Assembly: GCA_000442015.1 (NCBI GenBank)
Contig: KE561209.1
Coordinates: forward strand, 124,001 to 188,000
Length of the DNA stretch: 64,000 nt
Direction of reading: 5' to 3'
Source: Rozella allomycis CSF55
Taxonomy: Eukaryota
The position numbers and the translations under genes were made by a program. Shown one piece after another: positions 23,486 through 36,272 of the stretch. The notes under the pieces are model-generated. The model worked only from the letters and a program-made list of their open reading frames with translations. It was not told where the DNA came from and ran no database searches. Each line of letters begins with the position of its first letter. The stretch's first letter is position 1.

Positions 23486-26400
23486 TTAACTCCTTTTGAG
23501 TTTAGTCAAGGAAAATAGATTTTCCGGTGATCTAAATAGATTAATTAACTGCCTAAATATTGTTTCTTCCATTAAATGATCTTTAAACTCTCGAGCCAAA
23601 AGTAAATTCTACTATAACAAATTAAGAACATTTACTTCGCACATTTCCAATATGGGGTCAATGTTTGGAATGTCTTCGTACACAATTCTAAAAGACATTC
23701 CTGTGACGATCATTCTAAGAAATCGACCAAAAGTAAAAACAACGGCAACGTACAGACCAATAACACCATATGAACTAATGGCAGATATGGCGGCAATATT
23801 ATCAGAATAGACGAAAACAACAAATTTATCGTTTGTATTATTAAAGTTGCTTATTCGTTGATTAATTTCAAACCAAGTGACAGATTCTGATGTCTGCTTC
23901 AGTAGAGTATATGTATTTTTATTGGTACCTTGTGATGTTTGTGGAATTGATCTATTTTGAATGTTTTATTTGATTACTCTAGTTTGCCTGTTGGATATGA
24001 TCTTAATAAGAGTGGTAAAAGGGCAGGAATTTCAGTTTGGGCGTACGACTCTGATGAATTTAGCAAGTCAGCCAAAGAATTTAATTTTGAAGTAATATTT
24101 GCAGTCGTTGAACCAGAAGAAGAAACAATCGTAGCTGAAGGATGCAAGACAGACCAATCAGCGACCAATGGTGAAGTTCTATTGTTCTTTGCCAAATCAC
24201 GCAATGTATCGATTAATTGAACTTTACTCTTGGGATTTATTTCCCAATTGCTGCTTGAAAACTAGTTGATGATGTATGGAAATGATTACTGAACTAAAGG
24301 AGACTTTTTGAATATTATTTTTTCCAGCGAAAGAGGGAAGATTAAAATTTTCTTTTAAAAACTTGTATTCCATGTCATTTATCGCTTCAATTCCAGTTTC
24401 ATTAGTAGTATCTGTGGCTTGGTCAAAAAGAGGCTCAAAGCCGCCAATTCTCAACGTGACTTTTAATGAAGAAATTGGGTTAGGTTGTGTTGTGCCTGGA
24501 ATAGATAGGAAAAGCAATGGAAACCAAATAAGAAAAATCAACCCGACAATCATCAATCCACAAAGGAGCCACTTGTTTGCTTTTGGCTGAATAGTTCCAA
24601 ACTTGCGAGGATAATTTTTGATGGCTGTTAGACTGCATTTAACATTGAAAACATTAACGTAAATATCTTCAAACTTTAGCCAATTGTAAAAGTCTAGACA
24701 AGTGTCTGTTACTGCCCAATCAATTATTGATCTAATTTCAAAGATGAAAGGAATTGATCTATAAACAATATTTGCAATACGATTAATTAGATTGTATTGG
24801 TTGATGATAAAAAAGGAACTCTTAAACTTTGGATACCCATGTTTTAGCTGGAGTGCGGCAAAGTACCAATAAAGACATTTAAAAAAGTACCATATCTGCA
24901 ATTGAATTAAATTTTTGATGTATTGCCTATTGTTAAGTTTGCTATATAAATTACTTGTTTGAGATTGTTAAAGCAAAAAATACCCATAGATGAAAAGAAA
25001 CTACAGAGAATATTTGAAGAATGAATTTGAACAACCAATTTTTGGCGCCATAAATACCCCTGTCGATAATAATTAAACAAAAATTAATCAATTCAATTGC
25101 AACAAATAGAGGAGGTACAGTATTTTGAGAAAATATCTAATGAGAGAAAGATGAAAAGGTTACATTGTTTAGAAATTGTAAATCTTGGGCAGTCCCTTTT
25201 TCACCCGAGAAGGAATCCCAGAAAAAGACTGTTAGAGTAAAGCAAATGAAATCACAAATGAACATTGGAAGGTAGAAATCTTTACCGAATGTTTCATTTA
25301 AATGTTCGTTAAATTTAGATTTCAGAGTTTCCCATAGGGAAGGTTTTCTGGGGACATCGAGTGGTTGATGGTTTAAAGAGAAACTAGAGATTGGAGAGCT
25401 TAAAGTTTGAGGAGAGCTAGTTGATTCGTAAGGAGAATCAATTCCTTTTCTTTTGGTGTTGTAGTTGCTCATTTCATAATTAAAGGGTCCATCGTCAACA
25501 TTTGATGCATTTGCATTCCCCAATTCAACATCGGTTTGTCTATTAAGCAATTCAACATCGTTTTGTCTATTATAGACTTCGACATCACCTTGTCTATTAC
25601 CTTGTTCTTCAACGTTGTGCTTTTCAACTCCTTTTAAATCTTTGAAATCCCATAACCCAGTTCTTCTCATGATTGAGCGTTGAATGACAAGAGAAAACAA
25701 AACAAGAATTTCAACGTTGCTTGAAGAAGAAAAGGAAGAACAAACTTTGAATAAACCAAATATTCTTGACCAAGAAAACTCTACCTTTTCTTCACAGTTA
25801 AAGGAAGAATCAATGAAAGGAAATTGAAAAATGTATCTAAAGAGAATCATGTAAACGGAATAAACAAGTAAAGAATGCCAAAAGTAATGATTGGGACGAG
25901 GTCTGCTTAGTAGACCAAAAGTTAAGATTAAAACCATTGGAATTGTTGTGATTACAGAGCCGCGTTCAATTTGAAGAAGAAAAAGAAAAAAGAAGCAAAT
26001 TAAATCAAATCTTGCTAAAATTAAGAAATAAATTGAATAAAGGAATCTTTTAAAAATATTTTTGTTTGAATATTTCTGAAATGGTTCATTGCATATTTTT
26101 CTATACAAATGAGACCAAGAAAATATTTTAATTATCAAACCTTTCAAAAAACTCACAATCACTCTTTCAGTAGCCAAGGTATCTCTCTGGTTAGTTTCTT
26201 TCTCAATGATATCTTCATTATCATCTCTTTCACCGCTAACGTTCTCTTTAACGTTCTTTTCATGAAGGCTCATTTCATCCTTTTCTCTTTTAAGGCCCAT
26301 TTCATCCTTGTCTCTTTCACCCCATTCCCTATCACCTTCGTTGAATGTAGGACTGTTTAATTCACTTTCAGATATTTCATTGAATAATTCTTTATCATTT

Positions 26401-29400
26401 TTAGAAAGATTTTCAGTAGCTTTTTCATAAACATTTTCTAAATGCAAAGAAATTTGATTTTCAGTTTTTTCATGAATATTTTGAGTGAAATTTAAATCTT
26501 TATCAACAGAAGAATTAGAAGAAAAATGAGAAGGTGAATCAAAGGAAGAATTAGGAAAATTGCTTTTGGTGTCTTTACTCTTTATGTCTTCACTCTTCCC
26601 TTGCGTACTTTTCCCTTCCTTACTGCCTTCATTTTCACCCCCTTCACCATTTTCACCCCCTTCACCCTCTTCCTCACAATTGTTGAATAAATCAATCCAA
26701 TCTTCAATTCCTTCACATTTGTTTTTGTGAATAACCATTTTAGAATAAAGATTTATAATTTGCTTTTCATAATTTATAAGATTTTGTTTCAATTCAATTA
26801 ATTGTTCAATTTTAAACAATTCAGATCTATTTGAAGCTTCCATTAATTCTTGCTTAGATTTCTTAATACAATTTCTCATTTCAGGTAAAAATGTTAAATT
26901 TGAATGAATTAGAATCAAAAAGAATAAAAAAATCATTCCTAAATAATCAAAATCAAAAATATTTTCATTTTGCAATTTATAAAACCCAAAAATTGTAAAA
27001 AAATTAACTTTGCAATTTCTGAAATTTACACATGGGGAATCACCATTGTTAAATATAAAATAGACTTGAAATCCTAAAATAACCCAAAATAGAATCAATA
27101 TATAAATTAAAATAAATCTAAAATTGTTATTCTTATTTAAAAACAATCGTTCTCCAAGAATAATCAAGTAGAGTGAAAATGAGAATAAACCAAGAGAAAT
27201 CAAATTGATTCTAAATATAGATGTAAAACAACTTGTTATCAAAATTAACCAAAAAAAGTTTCTCAAAACAAATGTAGAAAGTTTAGATGAAGCAGTTGAA
27301 GTGGCAATGGAGAGATTTGTTACTGATCGAGTAGAGAGATTTGTTAATGATCGAGTAGAAACATTTAATGATAAATTTATTACTTTGAATGTTAAAATGT
27401 AATAAATCAACATTTCAATTCCAATAGAAACATTAATGGAATCTTCATTCTTAAATCCAAATAAACCGCTAATTTCTTTACTAAACGTTATTGGAATTAA
27501 ATCATTTAAATAATTAATTTGTGATGCATAATAAACGCTTGTAAGAATTCCAAATACTATTGATTGACCTTTAAGATTAAATCTTTTGAATATAAAAATG
27601 CTAACAATTAAAAGAAAATAAAAACTTGTCAAATTTTGTCTAGCAAATCCTCCAAACAAAATTAAAGTAATCAAAATCTCCATTTTAAAATATAAAATTC
27701 CATTGAAAAGACAAGTTAAAACATTTGCTACTTTATCCACTTTTTCATCTTTAATTTTATCATTTTTAATTATTGAATGTAATAGAATAATGAATCCCAA
27801 TAAAATTTCAATAATAAAATACTCTGAAAGTGGAATATTCAAATTCTGAAATTTCGTTAATCCAATTTCATTTAAAATTTTATTTTCTGGAAAACTTTTT
27901 AATTGATAAATAATTTGACTGGCCATATTAATCTCTCCAAACAAAAGAAACATGAAATAGTTATTCTGAAATTTACTAAAAATGAAGAATAAAATTAGCA
28001 AGGCGAAATTAATTAAAGAAATAGATCTAGTAATTAACAAATAAACAAGAATAAAAATTATTAATCTTGAAAATTTAAATATTACAAATTTCAATGATTC
28101 CCAAGCGATTGCCATATTAGATTTAGACACAATTTGAGAATCATTTTTAGAATCATTTTTATCCATTTGAATATCTTTTTCACTTTTTGTGTCTTCCATT
28201 TCAATCGCTTTCTTTTCAGTGGAGTCTCTTATTACTACTAAACCATTCATTTCTTTTTCTCCTACAGATCTTCCTTCTACAGATCTTCCTTCTACTCTTC
28301 CTTCTAAAGATCTTCTTTCTACACTTTTTTCTTCCGCTTCTTTTTTTCTCATAATTCTGAAATTTAAAACACTCAAGATTAATAAAATAACATGCGGCAA
28401 TAAATATGAAAATAATTTTCCAGATGCATCTCTAAGCCCCAGATCTAAGATTAGATCTTCATTCAATTCATTTTTAATTTTTTCTTTAAAATACTTAAAT
28501 TGATAAAGATAAAGAAATGCAATAACAGAAGATGAATAAATAACAGAAATAGTCCAACTGTACAAAATAACTTTTCTAAATTGAAAATACAAACAATTAA
28601 TCCAAAAGAATAAAAATATTAAATATCCAAAACTTAACAAATTTGCTTCCTTCATAAAACATCCACAAAGTAAAAAACTTATCATTGTGACAATCCACGT
28701 GTATTTCTTTAAAATTGAATCTTTAAATTCTTTCCATTTCTTCAATTTTTCATTTCTTTTATTCTTCAAAAAGTAAAATGTTTGCAATTGAATTGTTGAC
28801 AATCCTAAAATAACCAAATACAATGTCATTCCTTCCCATAACCTTTCATACTTTGATAATCCAATCACACTCGAAATTTCAAAATTATCTTTCACAAAAC
28901 TAAACTGCCAAATATATTCTGTTAAAATAACAAATTCTGTATAAATAACTAAAACTGGCCAAAATACTTTCACTGTCCATGGAAAGGTCATAAAAATCAA
29001 AAACAATATCAAATAAATCGCATTAATCACAGTCACCTTTTCTAAACTACAAAGATAAATCAAACAAAGTGAAATTATATAAGCATAGGACAACAAAATA
29101 GAAGAACCAACTTTAATCAAATAAAATCCACTCTTCTTCACCCTCTCAATCCAAGACATCTACCATTATATTAAAGTTTTATTATTACCCTTTTATTTTC
29201 TATTGATTCTTTCTTTTCTTCTCTCAAATCTTTCCATTCATAATTAGTCAGCAAAAGCAATCCCAATGTCAACACTTTAACGCCAATTTCTAAAATTGGT
29301 ATTTTATCTCCAATCACTCCAATCTCTTTAACAATTCTATTATCATCTTTAAAATTAAACACGCAAAACAAATATTCCACAAACACAACCAAACTCATCC

Positions 29401-30529
29401 AAAATATTACATATGAAACTGTAGCCTTGTGAAACGATCTCTCAAGTAAAATAATCAATAATGCCCAAACTAAAATAGGTATAGAAACAAAGCTAGGGAA
29501 TTGAACAGCCCAAAAGATTGAAATACACGAAGATATTATCCACGAATTCTTCTTTATAACCCCAAAATTTATTCCTTCAAATACAATCTTCAAATCTCCC
29601 TTATCATACTTGAATACTTTAGACATTTGCTTAATCCCATGACTTCTACATCTATAATACAAATACTTTGCAATAAATATAAATTCACCTAAAATCAATG
29701 ATCCACTTAAAATGTCTTCCCAATTATTCAATTTAACAAAAAAGTACTCATTAGAAAACTCAAATATTTGACGCAAATACAAAATCAATAAAAATATTAT
29801 AGAATAAAAAAACTTAATGTTTTGAAATAGATTAAAAAATGACTTTGTGTATTTGCCAAATCCAATCATTAGCATCTCATACATGAAAATAACAAAAAAT
29901 ATCACAAAAGGAACCCTCTTACTAACAACAGATCCCACACCTGATAATATAATCGATAACAGCAATGTTATTCTACGAGTACGTCCAAATCTTGATGTTA
30001 TCAAATCTTCTGTTGGTTCAATAATCGCCTGTCCTGATTCACTTGCACTCTGATAATTTCGTCCCATACTCCAATCATTATTCAACGGACGAGTTTGCAT
30101 TTTAAAGGCATTAAAGAAAATAGCAACCACACTGCATACACACAGAATGACATCAGTGCCCACACTAACAAATAGCTCAAAATGATCTGTAGAGTTGGTC
30201 ATCCCAAACAATTTAGACCACTCTGGAAGGCGAAAATCAAATGCAAATGTTCTCGTTGTTTGAACAGCCGCATGGACAATACTCATCGAAATACTCAATA
30301 AAGCTACACTATATAAAATCAACTTTCTTAGCCATCCTATATTTCTATCATAAATTATTTACTGAAAGATGGTAGAAAAAATATCAAACTAGCAATAAAT
30401 AGAACAAAATAAATAAAAGAGACAATGTTAAACCTAACTACAGCACCTATAAATTATATATTGATTAATCTTACTGTACAATAAAATAATAGGCCATATA
30501 CTCTCAACTAAACGTCGAGTAGTTAACAT
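23486..30529 (-). CDS. PIEZO: Piezo-family mechanosensitive channel, ~6 introns
   Basis: ~7 kb multi-TM gene; ALQLKHGYP, PFIFEIRSIIDW, WLKFEDIY, LIWFPLLFLS, YGVIGLYVAVVFTFGRFLR, LFRSPE. Confidence 0.92.
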
Positions 30530-31464
30530 TAAAATAAAAATAGTTGAAACAGTTAACAGGGGTTTCAAATCAAAGCTAAAATAGTAAAAAATACATCATT
30601 TCTATATTCAAGAGTTTTTAATGATTTAATCGATGTTTTCCCTTTCCTCTACTGTGCACAAGGCTGACACGGAGGGTTTTCGACTTTTCGTCTTATATAA
30701 GAATATGTGTCGCTCCAAGCGCTTATAGTCATAAATTGGATAGTAATATTAAAGACAAATGAATAAAAACAGATGTCGAATAATAATGGATTATCTCCGA
30801 TTGTTTATTGAATATCGCCTCGGAATTTATATTCTATAAATAGTACCAGAATAGAGATCCGTTCAGGAATAAATTTAAGAGATCTCAGATCCTGGCTCAA
30901 CTTTGGTTATGAGTTTAAGGCGTAAATATTAGTTCATCTGAGATACCTCACATGGTCCATGGTCCGTGGAGACAATATTTACTTACCGTATAGTGACTAC
31001 CGGTAGGTGGATTTGACCAAGCCACAATTTTTATAACCGAAATCGTTTAAATATCGAAAACGTAGAAAAAGCATTTATTTCTATTAATCAATGCCTTTTA
31101 GACAGCATGGTGCCATGGTCTCACGAGACTACATTGGAAATAATGATTCATTGAGCGAAGAAGAGTAGCGCCCACTAAATAAATAAATTACCAAAGTTAC
31201 TTACTGAAAATGCTTCATCTTGGCATGTAGCCTTGTACATATTTGGCCAGTGGCCACGTAGTCACGGACCCCGGTATGAATATTTTTCTGTCTCTTTTCA
31301 TGGCATTTTTATTATCGTTACCTTTAAAGAATTTGAATATCTGTGATACTAAAAGCGGAGTTGCCATGGTAATGGGTTGTCATTTGTCAATACTATAATT
31401 GAACCTTCCATATTGCCAATAATGAGTAGTATTTTTTATTATGAATGCTTATACGTTGTTGTCN

Positions 31465-32515
31465 GGATTTGAATAAAAATGTTCTAAAAGAGAATATTTC
31501 AATCCTTTAACAAAATTTAAAATTGATAAATCAAAAAGTGAAAAATGATCCAAAAGAAGTTTCAAAGATTTAAACCCCAGTCTAAATCTCATTTCACTCT
31601 CAACAAAAAACTATTTTTAATCTTCTTCATTTCTTACTTTTAAAATTAATTCATCCAAACATTTCTCTGGTTGCTCCAATTTAAATAATTCTAATTGCAA
31701 AAATGAACAACTTTGTCTCGTTAATACTTGATGAAACATTTCCATCGACGTCGCCATTCCAAATATCAACGTTAAATTCAACTTCTTTTGATGAATGCTA
31801 TTATTTCTTCCTTTAATTCTTACCTCAACAAACAAATCAATGCCTCCAACACTTTCGCATCACAACCTTCAAAGTCTGGAATCATCAATATCAATTTTCT
31901 CTCTTTATTTGTTTCATACCAATCATTCAACACTGAAATATCATATGCCAATCTCTTTCTATTAGAATTTATCAACACCCCTTCAATTTCTTCTTCATCA
32001 ATCAAATCTCCACTCTTTGTAAATTTCGTAATTATAGATTTCACTGTTTGTTTCAAATTATTCACCTGATCCAATATCACTATCCTAGACTTCTTTTCAT
32101 TCCTCGATAATTCCATCCTCAATCTTTGGAATAACGATACTCTATTCGTTGAATGCATCCCTATCTTCACTCAAAAATTTATCTACCAACAAACAACAAT
32201 GCAGTAGGAATGTCACCCATAAAATCAACCTGGTCTTGAAACACAAACTCTGCCATTTCATTAAACACCCTTTGATGAACCTTTTCAGTTACTTCCTATT
32301 ATACCAAACTAAAATAAAATATACATCAACTATATTCTCAAGTTCTGACAATGCTTCCTGGTACTCCTTCATCCTCTCATCACCCTCGTCAGGCAACAGT
32401 TTTACAAAATGCTCAGTCATCGTCTTTGGCTTTTTACATTTCGGTTGCACTATATAACACGCCTATCTCATACAAATACAACTAGTACCTGAGAAACAGA
32501 ATCAAATTTTGTCAT
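31465..32515 (-). CDS. ORC3: Origin recognition complex subunit 3, 3'-truncated at assembly N (31464)
   Basis: LMIPDFEGCDAKVLEALI, LIFGMATS, LKYSLLEHFYSNP running into the N. Confidence 0.8.
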
Positions 32516-32543
32516 CAACCAGTTACGAAATTTCAAAGTCAAA

Positions 32544-34001
32544 ATGCGCACCAGAAGTAAATTCCATTCTACAAAATATTCAGGATCAATACTACCATCA
32601 GTATCAACAGAAACACAGGATCTAGCTGCTAAAGATGAAGCCATTTCATCTCCCAGAAAGAAACAAAAAAGAACCCCAAAAATTGATAAACCCGATCACC
32701 ATAAAAACATGGCTATTGTAGAAAAGATTAACCAAGATCAAGAAAACATAAACCCAAACATCTCACGCGAAGCATTGGACAAGCTGGCTGATGCAAAGTC
32801 TATTTTCAGGCGCTCAGCCGACAACACCATAGATTTCTATGTCGGCCGCCAGAAAGAACGAGATACCATACAAGAGTTTATAAACAACATTCAGAGCAAA
32901 AACAAAAATGGATCGCTGTACATTGCTGGGTGTCCCGGTTGCGGAAAGACAGCATTGATGGCACAAATCTTGGAAAAATCAGTAAGAAAATGCATCAAAT
33001 GGTTAATAGAAAATTGTACATACTTTTTTAAATTGCATGACTGTGGAAGAACCTAGACAGATATTTTCAAAATTGGTCGCTAAAGTTTTTGGTAAAGAAA
33101 CTACGCTCAAGGATTCTTTTGAATGCTTTAAAAGCAATATTGATGCTTCAAAGAAACCAATGTAATTGTTTTTGTGTTTATTAATAGATTATTGGTGCTG
33201 GATGAAATCGATCAATTGTTAACAGCCAATGGTGACATTTTGTACAAGTTATTTGAAATACCTTTTAGCAGCAACAATAAGATATCCATTATCGGGATTG
33301 CAAATTCTTTGGACCTTACAGATAGATTTTTACCAAGATTAAAGTTAAAGGGCCTGGAACCAAAAATACTTCATTTTCAATCCTACAAAATTAATGAGAT
33401 TTCCGATATCTTGAAAAAAAGATTAGAATTTGTTAAAGATCGGATTAAAGTGCAGGATATCGCTTTGGAACTTTGTAGTCGCAAAGTTGTTGCGATTGGC
33501 GATGTTCGGAAGGGTTTAGATTTTATATTACAAGTATGAAATAACATGAAAGCTTAATAGGCTATTGAAAAGGCTGAAATAAAAGGAAAGGAGAGTGTGG
33601 AAGTTACTGTGGCACACATGGTCCAAGTGCTGAATAATTCAATTCAACCGAATTCAAGCGTGTTCAAGATTAAATCTCTAAATATCCAGTGCAAGTGTGT
33701 TCTTGTAGCTTTTTATAGACTACAGAATAAACATATCACTGTTGAAAACGTAATTAACTTTCAATTCATTCTTTAGGTTTTAAAAGAATACGAAATAGTT
33801 TGTAAACAAATTGGAACAAGTGGTCTCTCTCGATCAGAATTCTTGGATATATGTTCAACACTTGAAACTACTGGAATTTGGTCGTTTCAAACTAAAGGCT
33901 CGCAGTTCCAAAAGAGAATCCAATTGCATGTGTCAACCGATGATATCAAAGTTGCCTGTCAAAAAGAAAAAATATTAGAAAGTTTATTTCTGAATGAATA
34001 A
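32544..34001 (+). CDS. CDC6: Cell division control protein 6, 4 introns
   Basis: SLYIAGCPGCGKT Walker A, LVLDEIDQL Walker B, IGIANSLDLTDRFLPRL, GDVRKGLD. Confidence 0.93.
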
Positions 34002-34065
34002 AATGTATAGAATATTAATCGCCTTTTTGTTTTTGCCAATTCAAATCATGTAACACTTTATAAAT

Positions 34066-34482
34066 CTAAACAGAAATTTTTGGAACTTTGCCTCGAGAGT
34101 ACATTAAACTTGCCCTTTTTCTTCGCTCTTCCTAATCATCAACCATTAATTGAATTATTACCATTTCCTTAATTCTCTCATCAAAATCAATCGACTTGTC
34201 GAATTGAATATACCTTATCCATGGTCCTTGAATAACCATTGATTCATAAACTTTTTCCTCCCAGTCAACATCATTGACTTTTTTAATCCAAGTAGCATTT
34301 TCAACAACCATTCTGACTATACATTAAATATTGCTTTACGTCTGAGATTTGTCAATAAACACCAAAGTTCCGTAAACTATTTGTTCTCTGTTTAGCTCTA
34401 CATACACTTTTTCACCCAAAATACTCGAAAAGAGATATGTCAAGTTTTTGGCTTGGAAAGACAGTTCCAACTTTGTCGCCAT
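34066..34482 (-). CDS. Sm-like protein, most similar in pattern to LSm10 (absent from ORF track), 2 introns
   Basis: Spliced product MATKLELSFQAKNLTYLFSSILGEKVYVELNREQIVYGTLVFIDKSQTMVVENATW...SMVIQGPWIRYIQF has Sm1 and Sm2 motifs. Confidence 0.7.
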
Positions 34483-34497
34483 TTTGTAAAATTCACA

Positions 34498-35513
34498 ATG
34501 AAGGACCATTTTATTGCAGGCGGTACTTCTGCTTTTATAACTTGTTTATCATTGCAACCATTAGATGTATATAAAACCAGACTGCAAGAGATTCCCACAA
34601 ATATTAAAATATCGTAAAGAATTCGTGTATAATCAATAGGCATCTTCAATTTATCAAATCTATTATAAGGAAAGAAGGAGTTGGAGTATTTTGGAGAGGG
34701 ACGGTGCCAACGTTCATAAGGAATGTACCGGGAGTGTCATGCTACTTTGGATTGATACATCAAATTACATCAAATATTCTTCGGAAGGCTCAAAACGGAT
34801 ATGTACCACAATCATTGGTGACAAATGTTACGGGAAAGCAAAACCAATTTGAATTGACAACTCTCGGCAACGCGCTTGTTGGTAGCGTTGCAAGATGCAT
34901 TGCTGGCCTCGTCTTTATGCCAGTAACAATTCTTAAAGTAAAATACGAAGTATGATTTTGCGAAAGTTATTTTAGAGTGAATCCTTTGAGATAAAGCCAA
35001 TGTCAAAAATAATTCGAGACATTCATCAAAAGTATGGAGTTAAAGGTAATCTTTAGTTTTTTTTAGTTTTCAGGATTCTTTCGAGGGTTTGCAGTGACAA
35101 TGTTTCGTGATGCCCCTTTTGCCGGATTGTATTATTCCAGTTATCAACAATTCAAAAAGACGATGACTTGCACTACCCTGCCCATATTTATCCAAAACAC
35201 TTCCAGTGGTAATTAGTCATTCATTTTCTAATGAGCAATCATTGCAGCTTTTGTGGCGACAATAATAACACAACCATTCGACATTGTAAAAACTAGACTT
35301 CAGTTATACCCCGATCGATATAAGTCTTCTTATTCTACTTTTAAATCGATAATAACAGTAATTAAGATGATAATGAATTAATTGTAGCAAAATGGGGTAA
35401 GGGGTCTTTTTAGAGGCGCGGGCCCGAGAATACTGCGAAAAACATTATCGACCTCTATGACTTGGATTTTTTACGAACATATTTTAGCTTTGAGTAGACA
35501 AATAAATAGATAG
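34498..35513 (+). CDS. HEM25: Mitochondrial carrier, SLC25A38/Hem25 glycine-transporter-like, 5 introns
   Basis: LQPLDVYKTRLQ, RNVPGV, PVTILKVKYE, RDAPFAGLY, QPFDIVKTRLQ, PRILRK. Confidence 0.85.
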
Positions 35514-35812
35514 ACTTGTTGATGATAAATTTGTGATCATATGTATTTGGAAAGTATTTGTCCCTATTGCCGCTCCGAACTTGAAGTTTTTCATTTGAAC
35601 CATGATAAGTGCATAGTTATGTGTCCAAATATATCTGTAAATACGTATGTATATGAATAGCAGTGTCAATTTCCCTTAAACGAGCGCTTTTTGAAGCTCT
35701 TGGTATTCCAAAGTGTGGAGTTAAACAATCTCGGGGAATTAATTAGTACAGCCTACTCAAATTGGTATTATGCAGACAAAGCATACCATTCGAATCGCAA
35801 TAAATAAGGGCT

Positions 35813-36103
35813 TTATTTTCCTCCTTTGTATCCATACTTCGACGTACTCCATTTTCCTTTTCCTTTTACTTCAGGTGCACATTTCTGAATAACGGAAGAG
35901 TATGATTTAAAACTACAGCTGGTTTGTGTTCTTGGGTCTGGGTTTTGAGAATAACATCCTTGGTGGTAAAAGAATCTCATTTTACGCCCATCCCGAACCA
36001 CAACGTTTTCGCCCTTGTGAATAATTTGCTTACATTCTCTGCAAGAATGTCCCATTCTATTTGCTGATCCGGTAGATATAGTCCAATACGAATTATTAGA
36101 CAT
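35813..36103 (-). CDS. Small PARP-type zinc-finger-like protein
   Basis: SCRECKQIIHKGE...FFYHQGCY (C-x2-C...H-x2-C). Confidence 0.6.
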   Translation of the reverse strand: MSNNSYWTISTGSANRMGHSCRECKQIIHKGENVVVRDGRKMRFFYHQGCYSQNPDPRTQTSCSFKSYSSVIQKCAPEVKGKGKWSTSKYGYKGGK

Positions 36104-36272
36104 TTATATTAGGTTGTTAAGTTGTAGTGGCCAAAAATAGACCAGCCCTTAAAGCTAAACACGCCACTATTGGAATTCGGACCAATCTTTTTGTAATGCA
36201 AGAAGCATTCATTATCAATCAAATTATAACATCCAAAAATATAATCAATTAATATAATGATTTTTTTATTAA

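Noticed and set aside
30654-30670. TGCACAAGGCTGACACG resembling the U6 snRNA 3' region
   Set aside because: No upstream ACAGAGA box or AGC/ISL 5' arm; probably chance
30978-31110. U1-like ACTTACC and U5-like GCCTTTTA words
   Set aside because: Surrounding stems do not fit U1 or U5; ACTTACC is simply the reverse complement of a splice donor
31464-31465. Truncated ORC3 as a pseudogene
   Set aside because: The reading frame runs intact into an N; this is an assembly gap
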